From the NCBI GenBank assembly GCA_031287735.1, contig JAITSO010000002.1, positions 55,572 through 79,571 on the forward strand: 24,000 bases of DNA, given 5' to 3'. Below, in pieces: positions 1 to 6,574 of the stretch. The DNA comes from Elusimicrobiota bacterium. GTDB lineage: Bacteria > Elusimicrobiota > Endomicrobiia > Endomicrobiales > Endomicrobiaceae. The translations under genes were made by a program, and so were the position numbers. Numbering within the stretch: position 1 is the stretch's first letter; the number at the start of each line of letters is the position of its first letter. The notes under the pieces were generated by a model that did not search any database, was not told the DNA's origin, and was given only the letters and a program-made list of their open reading frames with translations.

Positions 1-1558
1 TTTGAACGCCTTGTATCTTCAAAAGTTCTTTGAGAATTTCGTTTGAAACCACGTTGTCTACTTCAATGATAGTTAGTGCCGATTTGCCAGAATCTTTTCT
101 CCCAACATTCATTCCGGCTATATTTACATTACTATCACCCAAAACCGCTCCAATTTTGCCAATAACACCCGGTCTGTCGTCATTTATTATCACCACTTTT
201 CCGCCAATAGGGCTAACATCCACATTCAAATCATTTATATTCACAATCCTTGGATTTTTGTCATTAAATAGTGTAGCTGATATTGAAATTTCACTCTTAT
301 CAGTTTTAACTTTAGCTGTGAAAAGATTTAAATAGTCACCGGAATCTTTTATAATGGATTCTTTGATTTTTATTCCTCTTTCTTTTGCAAGCGTAAAAGC
401 ATTTACAGAATTTACTTTTATATCAAGCAATGGAGAAAGCAGACCTTGCAGATAAGAAACTGTTAAGACGCTTGTATTGAAATCAGAAAAATGTCCGCAA
501 TACTCTAATTCAACGCTTTCTATGCCACCCTCTGAAATTTGCCCTTGAAAAGAACCGCTTTTTAAAACTAAATCCATATAAGGCATCATTTTCTTGTAAA
601 CTTCCCATGTGACAGCCGGAACATTTACTGCATTTCTTACAAGACCTTTTGTGAAAAAATCTATTATAACTTCGCTCATTTCTAAAGCAATTTTTACCTG
701 TGCTTCCTCAGTGGAAGCTGCAAGATGAGGTGTTATTACCGTGTTGTTGGTTTCTATTAAGCTCCAATCTTCAGGCGGCTCTTTTGCAAATACATCTACT
801 GCCGCTCCTTTAACTTTTCCAGATTTTATAGCTTCTGACAAATCGTGTTCATTTACTATGGGACCTCTAGCGCAATTTATAATGCGTACGCTGTCTTTCA
901 TTTTTTTTATAGCTTCTGAATTTATCAGCCCTTTTGTGCTGTCATTTAATGGAGAATGTATTGAAATATAATCAGAATGTTGATAAATTTCTTCTAATGA
1001 TTTTACTTCTATCCCATTGTTTTTCGCGAGTTCTACATTTACAAAAGGATCATAGGCAATAACTTTCATTCCAAAACTCAAACATCTTTTTGCCACTTCA
1101 AAACCGATTTTTCCAAGACCAATAAGACCTAATGTTTTTCCAAAAAGCTCAGTTCCGACGAAATTTTTACGATCCCACTTTTTTGATTTTAATGACACGT
1201 GAGCTTCTGGTATGTTTCTTGCGAGGGCAAGCATAAGACCGATGGTGTGCTCGGCTGCAGAAATAGTATTTCCACCGGGAACATTTGCAACCACAATTCC
1301 TTTCTGTGTTGCAGCTGTTTTGTCCACATTATCAACGCCGGTTCCGGCTCTACCTATAAATTTAAGTTTGCCTGCTGCTGAAATTATGTCTGATGTAACT
1401 TTCACTTCTGAACGTATTAAAAGTCCATCATAATCTTTTATAAGCTCTTTAAATTGTTCAGGGGAAGGCTTATTGTGAATTTCAATTTTAAAATTTTTGT
1501 TTGCTATCAAAGCGTCCAACCCTTCCATATTATCATAAGTCATTAAAATTCTATACAT
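1..1558 (-). CDS. serA: D-3-phosphoglycerate dehydrogenase, long form with C-terminal ACT domain; the 3' end runs off the left edge of the window
   Basis: My own translation of the minus strand from ATG at 1558-1556 gives MYRILMTYDNMEGLDALIANKNFKIEIHNKP...GRAGTGVDNVD...GKTLGLIGLGKIGFEVAKR (GxGxxG NAD fold)...ITPHLAAST. A C-terminal ACT-like segment follows (DRPGVIGKIGAVLGDSNVNIAGMNVGR). The frame stays open to position 2. This ORF is absent from the supplied track because it is truncated by the window edge. Confidence 0.9.
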   Translation of the reverse strand, partial: MYRILMTYDNMEGLDALIANKNFKIEIHNKPSPEQFKELIKDYDGLLIRSEVKVTSDIISAAGKLKFIGRAGTGVDNVDKTAATQKGIVVANVPGGNTISAAEHTIGLMLALARNIPEAHVSLKSKKWDRKNFVGTELFGKTLGLIGLGKIGFEVAKRCLSFGMKVIAYDPFVNVELAKNNGIEVKSLEEIYQHSDYISIHSPLNDSTKGLINSEAIKKMKDSVRIINCARGPIVNEHDLSEAIKSGKVKGAAVDVFAKEPPEDWSLIETNNTVITPHLAASTEEAQVKIALEMSEVIIDFFTKGLVRNAVNVPAVTWEVYKKMMPYMDLVLKSGSFQGQISEGGIESVELEYCGHFSDFNTSVLTVSYLQGLLSPLLDIKVNSVNAFTLAKERGIKIKESIIKDSGDYLNLFTAKVKTDKSEISISATLFNDKNPRIVNINDLNVDVSPIGGKVVIINDDRPGVIGKIGAVLGDSNVNIAGMNVGRKDSGKSALTIIEVDNVVSNEILKELLKIQGVQ

Positions 1559-1588
1559 TTCAAAAAAATTTCCTTTTGTAACTAAAAT

Positions 1589-2722
1589 TTAGCTGTCTAA
1601 CAAGGCTGCTTCGGCCGCCGCCACAGCTTTTCCTTTTTCAACGTTAAACCCAAGTTCTGCCAAAGTCATTTCAAGACAAGCAAAACCTACTAATAAGTCT
1701 GCTTTGCCGATATATCCCATGTGTGCGAACCTTATGATTTTGCCTTTCAAATTTCCCTGACCGCCGGCGATAGAAACGCCGTATTTTTCTCTTAAAGTTT
1801 TTACTATTTTGCCGCCTATTTCCGTGGGAACACAAGCACTTGTTACAACTTCGCAAGGAACTTCACCGAAAAGCTCTAATCCTAAAGCTTTCATCGCAGA
1901 TCTTGCAGCTTTTGCAAGAAGTTTGTAATCATTCCACATATTTTCTATGCCGCGTTCTTTTATAAGCCTTATAGACTCTTGAAGTGCTACTATTAACGTA
2001 ACTGGAGGAGTAAACGGAGTTTCATTTGTAGCATAAGATTTTTTGTATTTTTTTATATCAAAATAAAATTTAGGAAGTTTTGAAGCTTCTGTGAGTTTCC
2101 ATGCTTTTTCGCTAAAACTTATAAAAGCAAGTCCCGGTGCAAGCATGAAACCTTTTTGAGAACCGGAAACTACCACATCAATTTTCCAATCGTCAGTTCT
2201 AAATTCTTGACCGGCAAGACCTGAAATAGCATCTACAACTAAAACAGCATTAGTTTTAGCAACTACTTCTCCGATTTTCTTTATATCATTTACTACTCCT
2301 GTGGAAGTTTCTGTAAAAGTGGTGTAAACAGCTTTAACATTGGGATTTTCTTTTAGAGCTTTTTCTATTTCAGCTGGGTTTACAACTTTACCCCATTCTA
2401 CTGACGTTGAAATAACGTTTACTCCATAAGATTGTGCTATTTTTATCCATCTATCGCCAAAATTTCCACAACTCGCAACTATAATTTCATCATCTGGGCT
2501 CAAAAGATTCGCAATTGCCATTTCCATCGACCCAGTTCCTGAAGCGGCAAGTAGATAAACTTCATTTTTTGTCTGAAAAACATATTTTAAACCTTCGACC
2601 ACATCTTTGTAGATCGTTCCAAACTCATTTGTTCTGTGGTGAAGTATTGGTAGTGCTTCTTTAAGAGCTACTTCCGGCGGAATCGGGGTAGGACCGGGAG
2701 TTAAAAGATAATGTTTTTGCAT
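1589..2722 (-). CDS. Class V (AGXT/SPT family) PLP aminotransferase, probably acting as phosphoserine aminotransferase given its linkage to serA
   Basis: This is track ORF 1589-2764. I prefer the internal ATG at 2722 (MQKHYLLTPGPTPIPPEV) because GGAGG lies 8 nt upstream. The LLTPGP N-terminus and the SGSQKGFMLAPGL PLP-lysine motif are typical of the serine-pyruvate/alanine-glyoxylate aminotransferase family. The gap to serA is 30 nt on the same strand. Confidence 0.85.
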   Translation of the reverse strand: MQKHYLLTPGPTPIPPEVALKEALPILHHRTNEFGTIYKDVVEGLKYVFQTKNEVYLLAASGTGSMEMAIANLLSPDDEIIVASCGNFGDRWIKIAQSYGVNVISTSVEWGKVVNPAEIEKALKENPNVKAVYTTFTETSTGVVNDIKKIGEVVAKTNAVLVVDAISGLAGQEFRTDDWKIDVVVSGSQKGFMLAPGLAFISFSEKAWKLTEASKLPKFYFDIKKYKKSYATNETPFTPPVTLIVALQESIRLIKERGIENMWNDYKLLAKAARSAMKALGLELFGEVPCEVVTSACVPTEIGGKIVKTLREKYGVSIAGGQGNLKGKIIRFAHMGYIGKADLLVGFACLEMTLAELGFNVEKGKAVAAAEAALLDS

Positions 2723-2813
2723 TTTGTGCTGCCTCCGTTTTACGAAAGATGAGCAAAGTGACATTCTAAATTTGAAACAATTGCTTTGCAGTTTGCAATC
2801 ACCAGCTCGCAGA

Positions 2814-2842
2814 ATTATACTTCATATATTCCATCCCGTCAA
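2814..2842 (-). promoter_or_regulatory. Sigma70-like promoter candidate for the serC-like/serA operon
   Basis: The minus strand reads TTGACG (2842-2837), a 17-nt spacer, then TATAAT (2819-2814). This sits about 90 nt upstream of the ATG at 2722. The call is by eye and has not been scored. Confidence 0.45.
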
Positions 2843-3207
2843 ATTTCTCAGTATTTTGTAAGCAGACTACAAATAACCGATGCAACTTGCTGGGCAAAAC
2901 ATGTTGTTTTTAACTACTGTTATGCGTGCTGCTAAGTATTGTCGCTACTTTGCTTGCAAAAAATAATATCAAAGCCCAGATAATGCAAGGACTATTATAT
3001 GCATAATTTCAGCGTCACGAAATACTATAAAATTTTGCTTGAGCGAAGAAAAAGGTATTACAATGGAAATGATGTGGCAAAATTTATATATTTAGTCTGT
3101 AGTGAAAAGAAATTGTAAAGTTACACATAAGTGTCTTGAATCATGTTTTGTGGGTGTTGTTAAAATTCTAAAGTTGTTCAGCGTGTATAGACTTATATTT
3201 GAGCGTT

Positions 3208-3236
3208 TTGTCAGTTATTTTAATATTGTTTAATAT
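3208..3236 (+). promoter_or_regulatory. Sigma70-like promoter candidate for purH
   Basis: TTGTCA (3208-3213), a 17-nt spacer, then TAATAT (3231-3236). The predicted transcription start falls about 3243, roughly 28 nt upstream of the purH ATG. Confidence 0.4.
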
Positions 3237-3243
3237 CAGAAAA

Positions 3244-3258
3244 TGCAAAAATTTTGCA
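3244..3258. promoter_or_regulatory. 7-1-7 palindrome TGCAAAA-A-TTTTGCA at the predicted purH +1, between the -10 element and the SD; operator-like or a 5' UTR hairpin
   Basis: Perfect inverted repeat read directly from the sequence. GGAGG follows at 3263-3267. AT-rich 7-mer palindromes are expected by chance at about this frequency, so confidence is low. Confidence 0.2.
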
Positions 3259-3271
3259 AAATGGAGGAAAA

Positions 3272-4828
3272 ATGCCAACAGCACTCATCAGTGTATCTAG
3301 CAAAAGCGGCGTAGTTGAATTTGCAAAAAATTTAACTGATTTAGGTTGGGATATAATCTCAAGCGGCGGAACTGCGAAAACATTAAAAGAAAACGAAATC
3401 GACTGTAAAGAAATTTCTGAAATAACAGAATTTCCTGAAATTCTTGATGGACGTGTAAAAACTTTAAACCCTAAAATTCACGGTGCTATTTTAGCCGTAA
3501 GAGGAAACGATGTCCATACCCGCCAATTAAAAAAACATAAAATAAGCACCATAGACATAGTAGCCGTAAATCTCTATCCTTTTGAAGAAACTATAAATAA
3601 AATACCAAAACCTAACGACAAAAAAATAGCTCAAGAAATTATTGAAAATATAGATATCGGTGGTGTGGCACTGATTAGAGCGGCAGCAAAAAATTACAAA
3701 GATGTTTTGGTAATTTGCGATAATTCCGACTATAATTTGATAATAGATTGGTTAAAAAACAAGGATATAGATGAAGAAAAAAGATTAAATTTAGCTGCAA
3801 AGGCTTTTCGCCATACTGCCTACTACGATTCTTTGATTTCAAACTATTTGACTTATGAAAAATTTCCAAGCCAAGTTTCAATCCCTCTGAAAAAACTTTC
3901 CAATTTAAGATACGGGGAAAATCCGCATCAAGCCGCAAGTCTTTATGGAAATGGAACAGAGCAAAATTTTCCATCGGTAATTTCTGCCAAACAACTTCAC
4001 GGCAAAGAACTTTCATACAACAATTATTTAGATTTAGAAGCAGCTTGGCGGCTTGTTCATGAATTTGAAAATCCTGCTTGCGCAATTATAAAACATAATA
4101 ACCCTTGCGGCTGTGCAGAAGGAGAAGATTTAAAAGACGCTTATCTTAAAGCTTTATCTTGCGATACCGTCAGTGCTTTTGGTTCAATTATAGCTTTCAA
4201 TGATAGGGTAGAGAAAAATGAAGCTGAAGAAATAAGCAAACTTTTTGCAGAATGCATTATTGCTTGCGATTTTTCGCCAAAAGCCCTTGAGATTTTAACA
4301 CAGAAAAAGAACATTAGACTTCTAAAGCAAAACATCGTCTACAAATTGTCTAAAAACGAAATAGAATACAGAATGCTTACAAGCGGAATGTTAGTGCAAG
4401 ATAGAGATAATCTGCTTTTATCTGAAACCAAAAATATGACTAAACGAATTCCGTCAAAAAATGAAAAAGAATCTTTAGATTTTGCTTGGAAAGTTTGCAA
4501 GCATGTAAAGTCTAACGCCATAATACTAGTGCGCGGCAAACAAACAGTAGGAATAGGAGCAGGCCAAATGAGCAGAATAGATTCATTAAATATAGCTGTA
4601 AAAAAAATGTCAGAGGCAAAACATAATCTTGACGAAAAAAATTTTCCTCTTGTTTTGGCATCCGACGCATTTTTCCCATTTTCAGATGTGGTAGAGGAAG
4701 CTGCAAAAACCGACGTTAGTGCAATTTGCCAGCCCGGCGGGTCAATAAGAGATGGGGATTCCATTAAAGCAGCAGATGAAAAAAATATTGCTATGATATT
4801 TACAAGTATGAGGCATTTTAAGCACTAA
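3272..4828 (+). CDS. purH: Bifunctional AICAR formyltransferase / IMP cyclohydrolase
   Basis: This is track ORF 3254-4828, which opens with TTG. I prefer ATG at 3272, which has GGAGG 5 nt upstream. The product MPTALISVSSKSGVVEFAKNL...GGTAKTL...LDGRVKTLNPKIHGAIL...KHNNPCG...SDAFFPF...QPGGSIRD...MIFTSMRHFKH is collinear with PurH over its full length. Confidence 0.95.
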   Translation: MPTALISVSSKSGVVEFAKNLTDLGWDIISSGGTAKTLKENEIDCKEISEITEFPEILDGRVKTLNPKIHGAILAVRGNDVHTRQLKKHKISTIDIVAVNLYPFEETINKIPKPNDKKIAQEIIENIDIGGVALIRAAAKNYKDVLVICDNSDYNLIIDWLKNKDIDEEKRLNLAAKAFRHTAYYDSLISNYLTYEKFPSQVSIPLKKLSNLRYGENPHQAASLYGNGTEQNFPSVISAKQLHGKELSYNNYLDLEAAWRLVHEFENPACAIIKHNNPCGCAEGEDLKDAYLKALSCDTVSAFGSIIAFNDRVEKNEAEEISKLFAECIIACDFSPKALEILTQKKNIRLLKQNIVYKLSKNEIEYRMLTSGMLVQDRDNLLLSETKNMTKRIPSKNEKESLDFAWKVCKHVKSNAIILVRGKQTVGIGAGQMSRIDSLNIAVKKMSEAKHNLDEKNFPLVLASDAFFPFSDVVEEAAKTDVSAICQPGGSIRDGDSIKAADEKNIAMIFTSMRHFKH

Positions 4829-4853
4829 TGTATTATAATGAGTGCTATGAAAA

Positions 4854-4937
4854 GCTGAGATGGCGAAACGGCAGACGCGCAGGTCTCAGAAGCCTGTCCC
4901 CGAAAGGGCGGTGCGGGTTCAAATCCCGCTCTCAGCA
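4854..4937 (+). tRNA. tRNA-Leu, anticodon CAG, type II with a long variable arm; CCA not encoded
   Basis: Acceptor stem GCTGAGA/TCTCAGC with discriminator A. Anticodon stem CAGGT/GCCTG with loop CTCAGAA, giving U33 followed by CAG. The variable arm is CCCCGAAAGGGCGG-like. The T arm is GCGGG-TTCAAAT-CCCGC. Folded by hand. Confidence 0.9.
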
Positions 4938-4986
4938 TTTTTAGAGTAAAACTTTTTGACGCCGATGTTTTTTTAAGAATTATTAT

Positions 4987-5001
4987 TTTCCCAACGGGAA
5001 A
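4987..5001 (+). terminator. Small hairpin TTTCCC-AAC-GGGAAA followed by a T-rich tract; possible terminator of the purH/tRNA transcript
   Basis: 6-bp stem with a 3-nt loop, then TTATATTT. The stem is short, so the call is weak. Confidence 0.25.
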
Positions 5002-5187
5002 TTATATTTGTGCTAGCGAAAATAGGACGGTTTAAAGATAAGCTAAATGAATATCGCGGAAGCAAACTTAACTGCAAAATACTTTAAATTTACCGGAATG
5101 TATAAACTATGCAAATAAAACCGCTAAAGAAAGTCATGTTTTGGATTAAAGATTGGCTTGATTTTGGAGGGATAAAAAGGAGGTTTT

Positions 5188-6507
5188 GTGAACGTTAAGT
5201 GTTTTTGTGGAAGTGCAGAAGCTTTCAATGTACCGGTTCCGTCTCAGTGTAGTTCAGGCTGGGTTGGTGTGCAATGTGATATTTGTGGTTATTACAAGTT
5301 TGATAGCAGCTTATATGGAGAAAATTTAGAACAATGGTTTTCAAATGATATGTCACGTGAGTATTCAAAATGGGTGTATTCAGATGAAAAAGAGAATATA
5401 AAGAGAAGAGTAGCTTTATTAAAGCATGAAGTACGGAAACGTGCTTTAGCCTTCGCAGAAAATAATAGAAAACTTTTTAAAAAACATGGAGATGCTGCTA
5501 TAGGAATGGTTGTTGATAAAAATTGTTTCGTAGTAACAAAATCACTTATAGAAGAAATTAAAACCAAACCTTTTCCGACTCCAATGGAACAAATCGATTT
5601 GCTTATAATGTTTTTGGGTGACGAACTGAAAACCCCGGGGACAACCATAAGTTATAACGATAAAAAAATTGAAATATCCACTGCAAGTATTGACGACAAT
5701 AATAAAGTTTGGATTTTAGCGACATCAAAAGAAAAGGATTTAACAATGAACCGGCAACCCAATGTTGTTGAACTTACAATAAGTGGTTGGCAAAAATATG
5801 AAGAGTTAAAAAAAGTTAAAAACAATTCAAAAACTGCATTTATGGCAATGCAATTCAATAATGAAAAATTACAAACTTTTTATGAAAATCATATAAAAAA
5901 AGCAGTGCGCGAAGAAGGTTTTTTTATAGAAAAAGTAGATGAAAACTTTGAAAAAGATGATAATATAAATGTAGACATAATGCTAAAAATACGTAATAGC
6001 AGATTTATGATTTGCGATTTGTCTGATGGAAACTGTGGAGCTTACTGGGAAGCTGGATATGCCAAAGGACTTGGCAAGAAAGTGATTTATATTTACAACG
6101 AATCGCAATGGAAAAAATTAGAACAAGCAAGTGCAGAAGATAAAAAATTAGAACAAGCAAGTGCAGAAGATAAAAAATTAGAACAAGCAAGTGTAGAAGA
6201 TAAAAAATTAGAACAAGCAAGTGCAGAAAATAAAAAATTAGAACAAGCAAGTGTAGAAGATAAAAAATTAGAACAAGCAAGTGCAGAAGATAAAAAATTA
6301 GAACAAGCAAGTGCAGAAAATAAAAAATTAGAACAAGCAAGTGCAGAAGATAAAAAATTAGAACAAGCAAGTGCAGAAGATGAAAAAAACCAAATTCACA
6401 AGCCGCACTTCGATGTTGATAGATTTCGGTTTTTATTTTGGAATGAAAAGAACCCCGAACAGTTTGAAAAACAATTAAAAGACAAAATACAACTTTTGAC
6501 AACATAG
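5188..6507 (+). CDS. Hypothetical multidomain protein: Cys-rich zinc-ribbon-like N-terminus, winged-helix-like middle region, and a nucleoside 2-deoxyribosyltransferase-like (NDT/TIR/SLOG superfamily) C-terminal domain interrupted by a 9 x 10-aa repeat
   Basis: GTG start at 5188 with AGGAGG 5 nt upstream; 439 aa. Cysteines C5, C7, C21, C30 and C33 form a CxC...C...CxxC pattern. Residues 215-303 read TAFMAMQF...NVDIMLKIRNSRFMICDLSDGNCGAYWEAGYAKGLGKKVIYIY. Residues 407-418 read HFDVDRFRFLFW. Together these match the strand/Glu/GK pattern of NDT-family folds. Coding status is confident; the functional call rests on motifs only. Confidence 0.8.
   Translation: MNVKCFCGSAEAFNVPVPSQCSSGWVGVQCDICGYYKFDSSLYGENLEQWFSNDMSREYSKWVYSDEKENIKRRVALLKHEVRKRALAFAENNRKLFKKHGDAAIGMVVDKNCFVVTKSLIEEIKTKPFPTPMEQIDLLIMFLGDELKTPGTTISYNDKKIEISTASIDDNNKVWILATSKEKDLTMNRQPNVVELTISGWQKYEELKKVKNNSKTAFMAMQFNNEKLQTFYENHIKKAVREEGFFIEKVDENFEKDDNINVDIMLKIRNSRFMICDLSDGNCGAYWEAGYAKGLGKKVIYIYNESQWKKLEQASAEDKKLEQASAEDKKLEQASVEDKKLEQASAENKKLEQASVEDKKLEQASAEDKKLEQASAENKKLEQASAEDKKLEQASAEDEKNQIHKPHFDVDRFRFLFWNEKNPEQFEKQLKDKIQLLTT
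6112..6381 (+). repeat. Nine head-to-tail copies of a 30-bp unit AAAAAATTAGAACAAGCAAGTGCAGAAGAT, in frame, encoding (KKLEQASAED)x9
   Basis: Exact 30-nt periodicity is visible in the printed sequence from 6112 to 6381. Copies differ only at two positions: GCA/GTA in copies 3 and 5, and GAT/AAT in copies 4 and 7. A degenerate remnant GAAAAAAAC follows. Confidence 0.98.
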
Positions 6508-6533
6508 GTTGCTTCTGGTTATCACAAAGCAAC
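6508..6533. terminator. Hairpin GTTGCTT-(12 nt)-AAGCAAC in the convergent gap between the 5188-6507 gene and the TPR gene
   Basis: 7-bp perfect stem immediately after the TAG at 6505-6507. There is no strong T-run on either strand, so it is only a weak bidirectional terminator candidate. Confidence 0.25.
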
Positions 6534-6574
6534 TCAAGAAATTTCTAACCAAGTGCTGAAAGTGTTGCAGCGTT

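Noticed and set aside
2784-2798. Shared motif: the minus strand here reads TTGCAAACTGCAAAG, versus TTGCAAAACTGCAAAG at 10328-10343 just upstream of the porin gene; TTGCAAAA also occurs at 3254
   Set aside because: A rough expectation for a 15-of-16 match with one indel among roughly 3 kb of AT-rich intergenic sequence on both strands is of order one. TTGCAAA is also frequent throughout the window, including inside genes. This needs genome-wide motif statistics before it means anything.
3000-3271. ZTP (pfl) or purine riboswitch upstream of purH
   Set aside because: I looked for the conserved ZTP elements (GGGTCGTGAC...CCGGGCGGA and the downstream CCGCCTGGGC) and for the purine-riboswitch core. 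I found nothing similar on the plus strand.
3675-4764. Several minus-strand ORFs (3675-4085, 4141-4335, 4339-4764, 4512-4706) inside purH
   Set aside because: They are antisense to a full-length, motif-complete purH and have low-complexity, motif-free translations. The same reasoning applies to the other antisense or out-of-frame track ORFs, which lie within serA (30-335, 741-971, 1199-1433), the MBL gene, uppS, the porin gene, pstS/C/A/B, recO, the nucleotidyltransferase gene, fabG, comEC, pcrA and the C-S lyase gene.
4854-4937. The tRNA could be tRNA-Sec, because TCA occurs in the anticodon region and the variable arm is long
   Set aside because: With the 5-bp anticodon stem CAGGT/GCCTG the 7-nt loop is CTCAGAA. 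This puts U33 before CAG, which is Leu. The acceptor stem is 7 bp and overall type II Leu geometry fits. There are no Sec-specific features.
5109-5198. 29-codon upstream ORF (MQIKPLKKVMFWIKDWLDFGGIKRRFCER) overlapping the GTG start of the 5188 gene
   Set aside because: There is no SD-like sequence upstream of its ATG and no recognisable features, and it is short enough to arise by chance. It might be a leader peptide, but I cannot support that.
6112-6381. Possible CRISPR array, given the regular 30-bp periodicity
   Set aside because: The units are contiguous with no spacers, lie in frame inside a well-supported CDS, and have no cas genes nearby. This is a coding tandem repeat, not a CRISPR.
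6005-6532. 175-aa minus-strand ORF with a striking repeated LLHLLVLIFY motif
   Set aside because: It is the reverse-complement shadow of the 30-bp tandem repeat inside the plus-strand gene at 5188-6507. It has no SD, and its repetitive hydrophobic sequence is fully explained by the sense-strand repeat.
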